This document shows positions 39,928 to 49,535 of a stretch of DNA of 64,000 bases, in pieces. The stretch covers positions 23,879 through 87,878 of the forward strand of contig CAYXSW010000003.1 in assembly GCA_964467915.1 (NCBI GenBank), written 5' to 3'. The position numbers were made by a program, and so were the translations under genes. This stretch comes from an uncultured Marinoscillum sp. (GTDB lineage Bacteria > Bacteroidota > Bacteroidia > Cytophagales > MED-G16). Numbering within the stretch: position 1 is the stretch's first letter; every line of letters starts with the position of its first letter. Below the pieces are notes generated by a model that saw nothing but the letters and a program-made list of their open reading frames with translations, ran no database searches and was not told where the DNA came from.

Positions 39928-42018
39928 ATGGCAATAATTAGCACTTTAAGGGACAAGATGGGAAAATTCCTAGTTGTAGTTGTAGGTTTCTCCATTGCTG
40001 CATTTGTTTTGGGTGATATCCTAGGACCCAATAGTTCAATTGGCAACCAAAATCAAAATATTGTGGGGGAAATCAATGGTGAAGATATTGATATGATACA
40101 GTTCAATGCAATTTTTGAACAGTTATCATATAACTTTTCATTAAATAACGGACGTTCTCCAAATAATCAGGAATTATCTGGGATCAGAGATCAAGCATGG
40201 GAAAAATTAATTAATGACATCTCTTATCTCGAACAATACAATAAACTAGGGTTATCTGTTTCTGATAGGGAGTCTGTAGACATGGTTCAAGGTGATAATA
40301 TTCATCCTATGATTCTAGAAGCTTTTACAGATCCGAATACTGGTGTGTTCAATGTAGATAATATCATTGGATATCTACAAAACTTATCTAAACAACCAGT
40401 TAATCAGCAACAAGCCTGGTTTTCGTTTGAATCAAATCTAAAACCTATGAGACTTCGAACAAAATACGATAATCTACTTAGTTTGACAACTAATGTTAAC
40501 TATCTACAATCTAAATCTGAATATTTTAAGTTATCCAATACTATAAATTTATCTTACTATTTTGTCCCATATTATAAGATACCAGACTCATTGTTTGATG
40601 TATCTAGTAAGGAGATGAAAAGGTTTCTGAGTAAGAATAAAGATGACTATAAACAAGATGAATCTAGGTCAATAAATTATCTTCATTTCCCACTAGAGCC
40701 TTCTCAGGAAGATTCTGGTTTTTATAAAAATGAAATTAATGAAATTATTTCAAGCTTAAAATCTGGAGAAATAAACGATTCAACATTTGCCCTTTTAAAT
40801 TCGGATGGTTTTAATCCATATATGAGATTTAATGTAGATGAACTTCCAGATGAATTACTCAATCAAAATGAAGGTTATGTCTCTGATTATCAATTTAAAG
40901 ATGGTGGCATTGTAGTTTATAAACTATCTGGTATAACTGATGATCAAGAATATAAAGCTAGAGCAAAACATATCTTACTAAGATTTAATGATCAAGATAA
41001 AAGCTCAGTGAGATCCGAGGCATCAAGAATTTTATCTTTACTTAGAAACGGAAGTGATTTTGATGAAACAGCAAGAACCTACAGCCAGGACGGGTCAGCT
41101 TCTATTGGGGGAGACCTCGGTTGGTTTAGTGAGGGTAGGATGACAAAACCTTTCGAAGACGCTGTTTTTTCTAGGACTAGGGAAGGATTGATTCCTAGAA
41201 TTGTTGAATCAGATTTTGGATTTCATATTATATATGTAACTCAGCCAAAGACTAAAAAATCATATTTGGTTACAACAATATTAAAGGAGATCATTCCAAG
41301 TGATAATACGAGAAATAATATTTATAGGAATGCTGAAATGTTTAAAATTGATGCTATGTCATCAAATTCTTCTTTTAAAGATTTTGCTAAAGAAAATGAA
41401 TATAACATAATGACCGAAATTGATTTAGATAAAAATGCTTCAAATTTATCTGATATAGTTAATGCAAGGAGTGTTGTCCTTTGGTCATATGATGACGCAA
41501 GAGATAATGATGATATCTCAGATGTGATAGAGTTAGACGAGGGTTATATTGTGGCCCACTTATCAGTTATAAAAAAGGAAGGTACAAAAGAGCTGTCTGA
41601 TGTAGAAAATTCAATTAGGAAAAGTGTTATTAATGAAAAGAAATATGATTACGTATCTGAACTTGTCAAAGGATATTCTTCTCTTGAAGATCTAAAATCA
41701 CGTTTAGAATATGGTGAAATTTTTGAAACTCCAGATCTGGATTTTAATACTAATTCTATTCAAAATGTTGGATTTGCACCAGAGGCTATTGGTGTTGCTT
41801 TTTCAATGGAGGAGAATGAGTTAACTAAACCTATTAAGATTGATGAAGGAGTTATTGTACTTAAGCTCAATGAAAAAAATATGGCTGATTCTTTAAGCAA
41901 TTATGCTGATTATGGCATTTCTCTTTTACAAGCTAATAAGTTCACTTCTTCTTTAAAGATTGATCAGGCAATTAAGAAATTTTCTAATATTGAAGATTTC
42001 AGATATAAGTTCTTTTAA
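39928..42018 (+). CDS. ppiD: PpiD/SurA-like membrane-anchored parvulin chaperone
   Basis: N-terminal TM, SurA_N-like region, ARAKHIL...SQD...GGDLGWF...FGFHII. Confidence 0.85.
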   Translation: MAIISTLRDKMGKFLVVVVGFSIAAFVLGDILGPNSSIGNQNQNIVGEINGEDIDMIQFNAIFEQLSYNFSLNNGRSPNNQELSGIRDQAWEKLINDISYLEQYNKLGLSVSDRESVDMVQGDNIHPMILEAFTDPNTGVFNVDNIIGYLQNLSKQPVNQQQAWFSFESNLKPMRLRTKYDNLLSLTTNVNYLQSKSEYFKLSNTINLSYYFVPYYKIPDSLFDVSSKEMKRFLSKNKDDYKQDESRSINYLHFPLEPSQEDSGFYKNEINEIISSLKSGEINDSTFALLNSDGFNPYMRFNVDELPDELLNQNEGYVSDYQFKDGGIVVYKLSGITDDQEYKARAKHILLRFNDQDKSSVRSEASRILSLLRNGSDFDETARTYSQDGSASIGGDLGWFSEGRMTKPFEDAVFSRTREGLIPRIVESDFGFHIIYVTQPKTKKSYLVTTILKEIIPSDNTRNNIYRNAEMFKIDAMSSNSSFKDFAKENEYNIMTEIDLDKNASNLSDIVNARSVVLWSYDDARDNDDISDVIELDEGYIVAHLSVIKKEGTKELSDVENSIRKSVINEKKYDYVSELVKGYSSLEDLKSRLEYGEIFETPDLDFNTNSIQNVGFAPEAIGVAFSMEENELTKPIKIDEGVIVLKLNEKNMADSLSNYADYGISLLQANKFTSSLKIDQAIKKFSNIEDFRYKFF

Positions 42019-42021
42019 TTA

Positions 42022-42279
42022 ATGCTAAATTCAGAAAGTTTTAAAAAATTACTCGATGAAGAGTATAATTTTCCTTGTGATTATAACTTTAAATTCATAA
42101 TTAAAACTGAGTTTAAGGATAAAATTTTTAAACTTATTCCAGAGGCTAAAACACATGAGAAATCTTCTAAAAATGGTAAGTATACTTCAATCACATTAAC
42201 TCATTTTGTAAAAAATTCTTCTGAAATACTTTATATTTATGAAAACGCCTCTAAAATGGATGGTGTTATTTCTTTATAA
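42022..42279 (+). CDS. DUF493 family protein
   Basis: FPCDYNFKFI, SSKNGKYTSIT, GVISL. Confidence 0.88.
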   Translation: MLNSESFKKLLDEEYNFPCDYNFKFIIKTEFKDKIFKLIPEAKTHEKSSKNGKYTSITLTHFVKNSSEILYIYENASKMDGVISL

Positions 42280-42281
42280 TT

Positions 42282-42512
42282 ATGTGGGAAGAATCAAACA
42301 ATAAACTTCGAAAAGAATTTAAATTTAAAAACTTTATTCAGGCTGCTACATTCATAACCAAGGTTTCAATAGTTTCTGAGAAAAATAATCACCACCCAGA
42401 GATTTATAATGTTTATAATAAAGTAATCATTGATTTATGTACTCATGATCTTGGTGATAAGATTACTCAAAAAGATTATAACCTAGCAAAGGAGATAGAT
42501 AAAATTATATGA
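42282..42512 (+). CDS. phhB: Pterin-4a-carbinolamine dehydratase
   Basis: FKFKNF, NHHPE, YNKV, THD. Confidence 0.92.
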   Translation: MWEESNNKLRKEFKFKNFIQAATFITKVSIVSEKNNHHPEIYNVYNKVIIDLCTHDLGDKITQKDYNLAKEIDKII

Positions 42513-43186
42513 CTGATAACAAAATATTAAATATTGTTCCAACTCCAATTGGTAATCTTGATGATATAACTTTCAGAGCAGTTGAAACCTTAAAAAATTC
42601 CGATTATATACTGTGTGAAGATACCCGAGTCTCCAAAAAATTACTTTTAAAACATAACATAGATATTCCTTTAGTTTCTTTCCACTCGTTCAATGAACAC
42701 AAAACAGTTGGAAAGCATATTAGTCAGATTTTATCTGGTAAGCAAATTTCATTAATATCAGATGCAGGAACTCCCTCTATATCAGATCCTGGATTTTTGA
42801 TTGTTAGAGAGTCTATAAAAAAAGGTATTGAAATTAATTGTCTGCCTGGGCCAACTGCGCTCATTCCCGCTTTAGTTAACTCAGGTTTATCTTCTGAAAG
42901 ATTTGTGTTTGAGGGTTTTTTGCCATCCAAAAAAGGCAGAAGTAAAAGGCTGAAAAATATACAAGAAGAAACAAGATCAATTGTACTATATGAATCCCCA
43001 AAAAGACTATTAAGGTTATTGAGAGAACTTAAAGAAATACTTGGAGAAAATAGAAGGATATCAATCTCAAGGGAAATTTCAAAAGTATTTCAGGAAAATT
43101 TAAGGGGAACAATAGCAGAGATAATATCTCGACTAGATGATAAAATAATTAAAGGTGAAATTGTAGTTATTATAGATGGAAAATAA
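42509..43186 (+). CDS. rsmI: 16S rRNA C1402 2'-O-methyltransferase
   Basis: PTPIGNLDDIT, CEDTR, SDAGTPSISDPG, YESP. Confidence 0.96.
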   Translation: MTDNKILNIVPTPIGNLDDITFRAVETLKNSDYILCEDTRVSKKLLLKHNIDIPLVSFHSFNEHKTVGKHISQILSGKQISLISDAGTPSISDPGFLIVRESIKKGIEINCLPGPTALIPALVNSGLSSERFVFEGFLPSKKGRSKRLKNIQEETRSIVLYESPKRLLRLLRELKEILGENRRISISREISKVFQENLRGTIAEIISRLDDKIIKGEIVVIIDGK

Positions 43187-44336
43187 GTTTAAATTTTTAA
43201 TTTTTAGTTTAATGATATTGGGCTCTTTTATTGCAAAAGGGAAAGAAGATGTTGAATTTTCTATTATTACAATTGGGCCATATGAAGATGAACTATATAG
43301 TGCCTTTGGCCATAGTGGGATAAGATATAGAGATAAACTAAATAATATTGATTTGTTTTATAATTATGGAATATTTGATTTTGACCAACCTAATTTTTAT
43401 CTAAATTTTTTAAACGGACATCTTCTTTATATGGTAGGAAGATATGATTATCAGACCGTTCAGTCTTTTTATATAAGTCAAAAAAGATATGTTAAAGAGC
43501 AAGTCTTGAACTTAGATGATTCTGAAAAAATAGTATTATATAATTATTTAGAGCAAAACATAAAACCAGATAACAGAACCTATTTATATAATTATGTTTA
43601 CAATAATTGTTCAACTAAAATTAGAGATATTTTAATTACTGTTTATGGGGAAAGAATTACTTTCAAAATCTCTAATGATAATAAATCCATTAGAGGTTTA
43701 ATGGATAAGTATCTTCAAAACAATAAGTGGGGAGATTTAGGTATTGATATTTGTTTAGGGTCAGAAATTGATAAGAAGGCTAATTCATCTGAAGAGATGT
43801 TTCTGCCAGAGTATTTATTTAATAGCCTTGATAATTCATTTCTTGATGGTGAGAGTAATTTGATTTCAGAAACAAATGTTATCAACGCTAACTCTGTAGA
43901 AATTAAGAAAAATATTTTTCAGCCTAAGTATATATTAGTATTGTTCCTGATATTATGTATTGCTCTGTCTTTTAGACAAATTAAATATGGACTTAAATAT
44001 ATTCATTTTGATTTTACTGTTTTCCTTATTTCTGGGTTGATTGGTGTTTTATTAATTTATTTATGGTTTTTTACAGATCATTTATCCTCGTTTAATTATA
44101 ACTTAATCTGGGCTATCCCTTTTAATGTAATATTTTCTTTTTTGCTTATCCTGAATTTCAAGTCAGTTTTTATTAGATGGTATATTATAATTATGTCAGC
44201 TGTTTTATTTTCATTATTAATTCTTTGGAGTTTTCTCCCTCAAAATTTAAATGATCTCTTAATATTTTTCGTTTTAGGGATGTTGGTGAGGATGTTATCA
44301 AATTATATTTATTTGATAAGATCTCATACTAGATAG
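43176..44336 (+). CDS. lnb: DUF4105 membrane protein, Lnb-type lipoprotein N-acyltransferase
   Basis: SAFGHSGIR, YNYGIFDF, NNCSTKIRD, FLP; C-terminal TM bundle with TDH...N.N. Confidence 0.72.
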   Translation: MENKFKFLIFSLMILGSFIAKGKEDVEFSIITIGPYEDELYSAFGHSGIRYRDKLNNIDLFYNYGIFDFDQPNFYLNFLNGHLLYMVGRYDYQTVQSFYISQKRYVKEQVLNLDDSEKIVLYNYLEQNIKPDNRTYLYNYVYNNCSTKIRDILITVYGERITFKISNDNKSIRGLMDKYLQNNKWGDLGIDICLGSEIDKKANSSEEMFLPEYLFNSLDNSFLDGESNLISETNVINANSVEIKKNIFQPKYILVLFLILCIALSFRQIKYGLKYIHFDFTVFLISGLIGVLLIYLWFFTDHLSSFNYNLIWAIPFNVIFSFLLILNFKSVFIRWYIIIMSAVLFSLLILWSFLPQNLNDLLIFFVLGMLVRMLSNYIYLIRSHTR

Positions 44337-44769
44337 TCTTTAAAATGATATCCATCTCATAACCTTTGTAAACAAGATGAGAAATAAGTTTATTTCTATC
44401 TGGCTTTTTTAATTTCTTATTATAAATCTCAATATTCTTTTTAAGAATAGTTAAGTAGTTTTTATCTTCTATACTATTAATTCCTACTTCAATTTCATTA
44501 TCTGTCAAACCTTTTGATTTGAGTTGATATTTTATTCTGCTTTTTCCCCATCTATTGTTATTATTTTTCCCTCTCGAGAAAGATTTTGAAAATCTAATAT
44601 TATCTAAAAAACCTAATTCTTGAAGCTTTACTATTACATCTTTAATAATGTTATAGTTAAATTCTTTTTTTGAAAGTTTATCCCTGACTTCTTTTGTAGA
44701 TCTCTCTCTATAACTACAATACTTCATTCCAATTTGTAATGCATGATCTAAAGAAGGATCATCTGACAT
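44329..44769 (-). CDS. recX: Regulatory protein RecX
   Basis: YCSYRERS..EV..KL, FLDNIRF, WGKSRI, KGY. Confidence 0.9.
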   Translation of the reverse strand: MSDDPSLDHALQIGMKYCSYRERSTKEVRDKLSKKEFNYNIIKDVIVKLQELGFLDNIRFSKSFSRGKNNNNRWGKSRIKYQLKSKGLTDNEIEVGINSIEDKNYLTILKKNIEIYNKKLKKPDRNKLISHLVYKGYEMDIILKTI

Positions 44770-45232
44770 ACCCTTTTCTGTTTAATATACTTTTTAGAAA
44801 TCTAATCTCATTTTCATTGTTAAATACCCTGAAAGGAAATATTATAAATTGCACAATATTTAGTTTAAAAAGAAAACCATCCTTCTGGATTTTAACTTTT
44901 TTGATAGTATCCCATTTTATTGGCATCCCTTGTTTGTTATTTAATTTCATCATTATCTGACTACTAGAGATCTCATATGATAATTTGTCAAACATATAAC
45001 TGCTTTGTTCAACTTGAGTGACTCCAAAGAACTGTATGAGCCAGAAAATTAAATATAAGAAGAGTGCTATTGAGCCTCCTATTACCCACCATATTGAAGG
45101 TATAATGAAGTTCATAGAACAAATTGCCAAGTAAATTAATAGTACCCACCATTGTTCAAAAATAAGATTGAAAAATCCTTTTTTTATATAATCACCTTTA
45201 TTCATCTGAAATTTTTTTGTTCTTATTATCAT
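44759..45232 (-). CDS. YcxB-like membrane protein
   Basis: Two TMs, then IKWDTIKKV...IIFPFRVF. Confidence 0.65.
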   Translation of the reverse strand: MIIRTKKFQMNKGDYIKKGFFNLIFEQWWVLLIYLAICSMNFIIPSIWWVIGGSIALFLYLIFWLIQFFGVTQVEQSSYMFDKLSYEISSSQIMMKLNNKQGMPIKWDTIKKVKIQKDGFLFKLNIVQFIIFPFRVFNNENEIRFLKSILNRKGYVR

Positions 45233-45237
45233 GATGT

Positions 45238-45630
45238 TTAATCTATTTTAAATTTTTCAATAATATAGCTGTTTTTTTTGTTTCTTAATATTAATAAAAT
45301 CTTGTAAAGATCGCTATTAGAGGAATACTCAGCAAGGATATAAATTATATTATTTTCTGAATCTCCCTGATGAATTACATTAAATTTATTTATGTTATTA
45401 TCACTATAGAAATTATCTAAAATTTTTGATTGCTGATATCGGTTACCAGCATATGTCTTATTATCAATTATTATTTCACTATTTGAATCAAAATACTTTG
45501 TTATTTCCTCTCCGTTTTTGATTTCTAGACTTAGTATTAGATTTTCTAGAGGGTCTTGTTTAGCAAAAATAACTGATGATATTAAAAAAATGATCTTTAT
45601 TATGCTCATAAATCTTTTGAAAAATAACAC
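45238..45630 (-). CDS. DUF4783 family secreted protein
   Basis: Signal-like N-terminus, YFD..., LDNFY, F.VIHQG; divergent from gpmI; true start may be ATG 45609. Confidence 0.6.
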   Translation of the reverse strand: MLFFKRFMSIIKIIFLISSVIFAKQDPLENLILSLEIKNGEEITKYFDSNSEIIIDNKTYAGNRYQQSKILDNFYSDNNINKFNVIHQGDSENNIIYILAEYSSNSDLYKILLILRNKKNSYIIEKFKID

Positions 45631-45664
45631 AAATACCTAAAAATCAATAATTATTTTTACACTT

Positions 45665-47188
45665 ATGAGTGAAAAGGTGATTCTTCTTATTATGGACGGG
45701 TGGGGTATCGGAGACAAATCTGATAAGTCAGCAATATATAAAGCAAAGACTCCATTTTATGATAGTGCAACAAATAAATACCCAAACTCTATGCTATCAG
45801 CATCTGGGGAAGATGTTGGTCTTCCGTCAGGACAAATGGGCAATTCAGAAGTTGGACATATGAATATTGGGGCCGGAAGGGTTGTTGATCAAGATTTAAT
45901 TAGACTTAATAAATCTTTAGCAAATAATGGAATTAAGAATAAGAAAGATTTTGTTTCAGCAGTTGAATATGCAATAAAAAATAAATCAACTTTTCACTTA
46001 ACAGGTCTTTTTTCTGATGGTGGTGTTCACTCACACTCGGACCATTTATTTCTTATTTTAGATTATCTAAAAACAACTGCATTATCGAAAATTAGTTTAC
46101 ATCTATTCACTGATGGAAGAGATTGTAGCCCTAAGGATAGTTATGATCAAATAGCTAAGTTAATTTCTTATATAGAAGGAACAAACATATCAATTTCTTC
46201 AGTTACAGGAAGATATTATTCTATGGATAGAGACAATAGGTGGGAAAGAATAAAATTAGCTTATGATGTGATGGTCAATGGTATGGGAATTGAGTCAGAG
46301 GATATTTTGTATTCAATAAAAAAGTCATATTCAGAAGGAATAACAGATGAGTTTATCAAACCAATTGTGTGTATTAAAGATAATGGTGAACCAGTATCAA
46401 AAATTAACAATGGTGATGTTGTTTTATCTTTCAATTATAGGTCTGATAGGATGCGTCAGATATCAAAAGTTCTTACTCAAGAAAATAATGATGAGTTTGA
46501 AATGAAAAAATTAAATTTAAAATATTTAACTCTTACCCAATATGACCAAAGTTTTAAGGACATTCATGTTTTGTTTAATAAAGAAAATATCAAAAATACT
46601 CTAGGTGAGATTTTATCTAATAATTCAAAGAAACAGTTTAGAATTGCTGAGACAGAAAAATACCCTCATGTCACTTTTTTCTTTTCAGGAGGGAGGGAGA
46701 AAGAGTTTAATTTAGAGCGTCGCATATTATGTAAATCTCCCAATGTAGCTACGTATGATCTTCAACCTGAGATGAGCGCAAAAGATTTGTCTTACCACCT
46801 TATTAGAGAGATTGAAAAAGAATCTTTTGATTTTGCTTGTTTAAATTTTGCAAACCCGGATATGGTTGGTCATACTGGAGATTTTGATGCTGCTGTAAAG
46901 GCATGTGAAGTTGTTGATAAAGAAGTCTCTAAAATTGTTGATTCAGCCAAGAAAATGGGCTATACAATACTTATTACAGCAGACCATGGTAATGCTGAGA
47001 TAATGATTAATGCTGATGGATCACCTCATACCTATCACACAACCAACTTAGTGCCTTTTATTTTAATTTCAGAAAACAGAAACTTCAAACTTCATGATGG
47101 TAAACTTGGTGATATAGCTCCTACTATTTTAGATTTAATGAATATTTCACCTCCGCTTGAAATGACAGGGGTTTCACTTTTAAAATAA
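45665..47188 (+). CDS. gpmI: 2,3-BPG-independent phosphoglycerate mutase
   Basis: MDGWG, GQMGNSEVGH, AETEKYPHVTFF, NPDMVGHTG, ADHGNAE. Confidence 0.98.
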   Translation: MSEKVILLIMDGWGIGDKSDKSAIYKAKTPFYDSATNKYPNSMLSASGEDVGLPSGQMGNSEVGHMNIGAGRVVDQDLIRLNKSLANNGIKNKKDFVSAVEYAIKNKSTFHLTGLFSDGGVHSHSDHLFLILDYLKTTALSKISLHLFTDGRDCSPKDSYDQIAKLISYIEGTNISISSVTGRYYSMDRDNRWERIKLAYDVMVNGMGIESEDILYSIKKSYSEGITDEFIKPIVCIKDNGEPVSKINNGDVVLSFNYRSDRMRQISKVLTQENNDEFEMKKLNLKYLTLTQYDQSFKDIHVLFNKENIKNTLGEILSNNSKKQFRIAETEKYPHVTFFFSGGREKEFNLERRILCKSPNVATYDLQPEMSAKDLSYHLIREIEKESFDFACLNFANPDMVGHTGDFDAAVKACEVVDKEVSKIVDSAKKMGYTILITADHGNAEIMINADGSPHTYHTTNLVPFILISENRNFKLHDGKLGDIAPTILDLMNISPPLEMTGVSLLK

Positions 47189-47233
47189 CTATTTTAATTC
47201 TTAGTTATATATTATATATTCGCAATAGAAACG

Positions 47234-47683
47234 ATGAAATATTTATTCAAAATATTAATTTTATTCTTTACTCTAGCTTGTTCATCTGAAGACTCTATAA
47301 CACCTAATCCAATAGAAATGGAGTTATCAGCTGCTATAAAAATGTGGAATGATTCAAATATTAATTCTTATTCATATACTCTTACTGTGTCCTGTTACTG
47401 TATAGATACAGAACCAAACGATATAAAAGTTGTAGATAATAAAATAAAAAAAGTAAACGGCAAATTAGTGACTGAAAATGATTTAGAAAATATTTATTGG
47501 AATGTTAAATCCTTTGATGAAATATTTGAAATTATAGCTGAGAAATTGAATGATAATCCGTTCCTATATACTATAAAGTTTGATCAATCATTTGGCTACC
47601 CTATAGATATTTATTTTGATATGGATGAGATGATTGCGGATGAGGAGATTGGATATTACGTAACTAATTTTAAAATTGAATAA
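47234..47683 (+). CDS. Lipoprotein, DUF6174-like
   Basis: Lipobox LAC; W...Y.Y....CYC; FGYP...D....ADEE. Confidence 0.65.
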   Translation: MKYLFKILILFFTLACSSEDSITPNPIEMELSAAIKMWNDSNINSYSYTLTVSCYCIDTEPNDIKVVDNKIKKVNGKLVTENDLENIYWNVKSFDEIFEIIAEKLNDNPFLYTIKFDQSFGYPIDIYFDMDEMIADEEIGYYVTNFKIE

Positions 47684-47685
47684 AT

Positions 47686-47898
47686 ATGAAAAAACTACTA
47701 ATATTTCTTTTTTCTTTTGTTTTCTTCAGCTGTGAAGAGAGCAACACCTCACTATGTAAAACAGATAGTATAGATGATATGGTTTGTATTGAAGTTTACG
47801 AACCTGTCTGTGGATGTGATGATATTACTTATTCAAATTCTTGTTATGCCGAGAGAGCGGGCATCACATCTTGGGCTGACGGTGAGTGTTCAGGATAA
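47686..47898 (+). CDS. Kazal-type protease inhibitor lipoprotein
   Basis: Lipobox FSC; C-x3-YEPVCGCD..TYSNSCYA...G...GEC. Confidence 0.88.
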   Translation: MKKLLIFLFSFVFFSCEESNTSLCKTDSIDDMVCIEVYEPVCGCDDITYSNSCYAERAGITSWADGECSG

Positions 47899-47976
47899 AA
47901 AATTATATCAGCTTAATATTTACACTTTTTTATTATTTAATTAAATTGTCTTATTATTTAATTTTAAAAAAAAAAT

Positions 47977-48639
47977 ATGAAAAACTTTTTAATTATGATT
48001 TCTGCTATGCTTTATATAGCAGGATGTAGTGCTCCTACTAATAATGCTGATTCGGCAATGGATATGGCAAATATGAGTGGGGAGCCTGAAGGCCCTCATA
48101 CAAGTGTTGAGTGGCAAGTTTGGGCATATTCTACTGCAGCTCCTGCTTACATAGCAGAAGAAGCTACAGTATACGATGGACCACCTGACATGGGAGGAAA
48201 ACTATTAAGACAAGGAACTAATGGATGGACTTGTTTACCAGCAAATCCGAGAGGCATGTCCGATCCTGAAAATGGATGGAAAGATGCTCATGAAGCCATG
48301 GCATTATGTGGAGATGCAGAAGTATTTAAATGGATTGGAGCTTATTTTGCTGATGAAATACCAGTAATGGATAAAGATGGATATGCATGGATGTTACATG
48401 GTGATATGGGTGAAGATAATACAACGCCTAAGGTTTTGAATGAGGAAGATGCAGTTTCAGGTCATTGGATTGAGTCTGGACCTCATCTCATGAGAATGCC
48501 AAAAGATCCAGCTTCTATAGAAGGTATGACTACAGATTTTAATTCTGGAGAGCCTTATGTAATGTTTGCTGGTACTCCTTATGCTCATGTTATGTATCCA
48601 GTTGGTGACTACTATAAGTACCAAGACATGGTTAAATAA
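47977..48639 (+). CDS. Met/His-rich lipoprotein of unknown function
   Basis: Lipobox IAGC; motifs GTNGWTC, WMLHGD, GPHLM, GTPYAHVM. Confidence 0.8.
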   Translation: MKNFLIMISAMLYIAGCSAPTNNADSAMDMANMSGEPEGPHTSVEWQVWAYSTAAPAYIAEEATVYDGPPDMGGKLLRQGTNGWTCLPANPRGMSDPENGWKDAHEAMALCGDAEVFKWIGAYFADEIPVMDKDGYAWMLHGDMGEDNTTPKVLNEEDAVSGHWIESGPHLMRMPKDPASIEGMTTDFNSGEPYVMFAGTPYAHVMYPVGDYYKYQDMVK

Positions 48640-48659
48640 TATTACTTTTGATATTATAG

Positions 48660-48688
48660 AAGGGGCATTTTTATAATGCCCTTTTTTA
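48660..48688 (+). terminator. Intrinsic terminator, possibly bidirectional, between convergent genes
   Basis: GGGCATT-TTTAT-AATGCCC hairpin followed by TTTTTT. Confidence 0.8.
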
Positions 48689-49531
48689 TTGGTTCTCGCT
48701 CATTGCTATCAGCAACTCAATAAACAGATTTATTATATCTAGGTATAAACTAACAGCAATATTTATAGCTGTATCCCAAGACGCATCTCCGTTTGCATTT
48801 GCCTTCTCTAATCTGTCAAAGTCATAAATCAAATAAAGAACGAAAATTACTACTCCGGCATAACTTTGGTAAAGCATCTGTTTAGCGGATTTAAATATAT
48901 AAGTATTTAAGATTCTCATGATTATTAATGCCCACAAAGAAATTAAAAGGATTAATTCTAAAAAACTGAAATCAACAGGCGAGACATAAACTACTAAAAG
49001 AGTTAAAAACACTGCGATACAAGTTGAAATCATTGCCTGAAAAACTACATTTTGCCAGGCTTGATTGTATGGGTCACCATCAATATCTAAAACATTTTTA
49101 CTAAAATCATCTTCAAGTTCACGCATCTTATCAGACTTCAATTCAAAATAATTATCCTCGTCACCTTCATAATAATAGACATAATGTCTATTATCATTTG
49201 TCCCCCAAAATCCAGATTTATTATTTTTGTCTTTTCTTTTTACTCCTTTATCTTTTAAAAACTTTCTCCATTTAAACCTTTCTCCTATGTAACCAATGGT
49301 AGGGCCCAGAGACCAACCCATAAATCCAGAAAGAAGTCCGCAAGCGATAAGATTATGAGGATAGATATCTCCAAAAAAAATTATCAAGAATAGTGAACCA
49401 AAAGCACCGATAATTGTTATTAATTTTTCTGTAAATGTTTCGTAAGCCTTATTAAACCTTGCAGCAATTGTAGATATTATTAACATCCCTCCTACAATAC
49501 TAAAAGTTCTTATCATCAGTAAATCTTCCAT
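48686..49531 (-). CDS. Bax inhibitor-1/YccA family membrane protein with an internal insertion
   Basis: G..LGP, YDFDRL, A..LYLDIINLF..LL C-terminal signature. Confidence 0.82.
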   Translation of the reverse strand: MEDLLMIRTFSIVGGMLIISTIAARFNKAYETFTEKLITIIGAFGSLFLIIFFGDIYPHNLIACGLLSGFMGWSLGPTIGYIGERFKWRKFLKDKGVKRKDKNNKSGFWGTNDNRHYVYYYEGDEDNYFELKSDKMRELEDDFSKNVLDIDGDPYNQAWQNVVFQAMISTCIAVFLTLLVVYVSPVDFSFLELILLISLWALIIMRILNTYIFKSAKQMLYQSYAGVVIFVLYLIYDFDRLEKANANGDASWDTAINIAVSLYLDIINLFIELLIAMSENQ

Positions 49532-49535
49532 ACAG

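Noticed and set aside
47189-47233. Search for an att direct repeat of the tRNA-Val 3' end at the island's far boundary
   Set aside because: No copy of the tRNA 3' sequence and no integrase seen, so no mobile element is called
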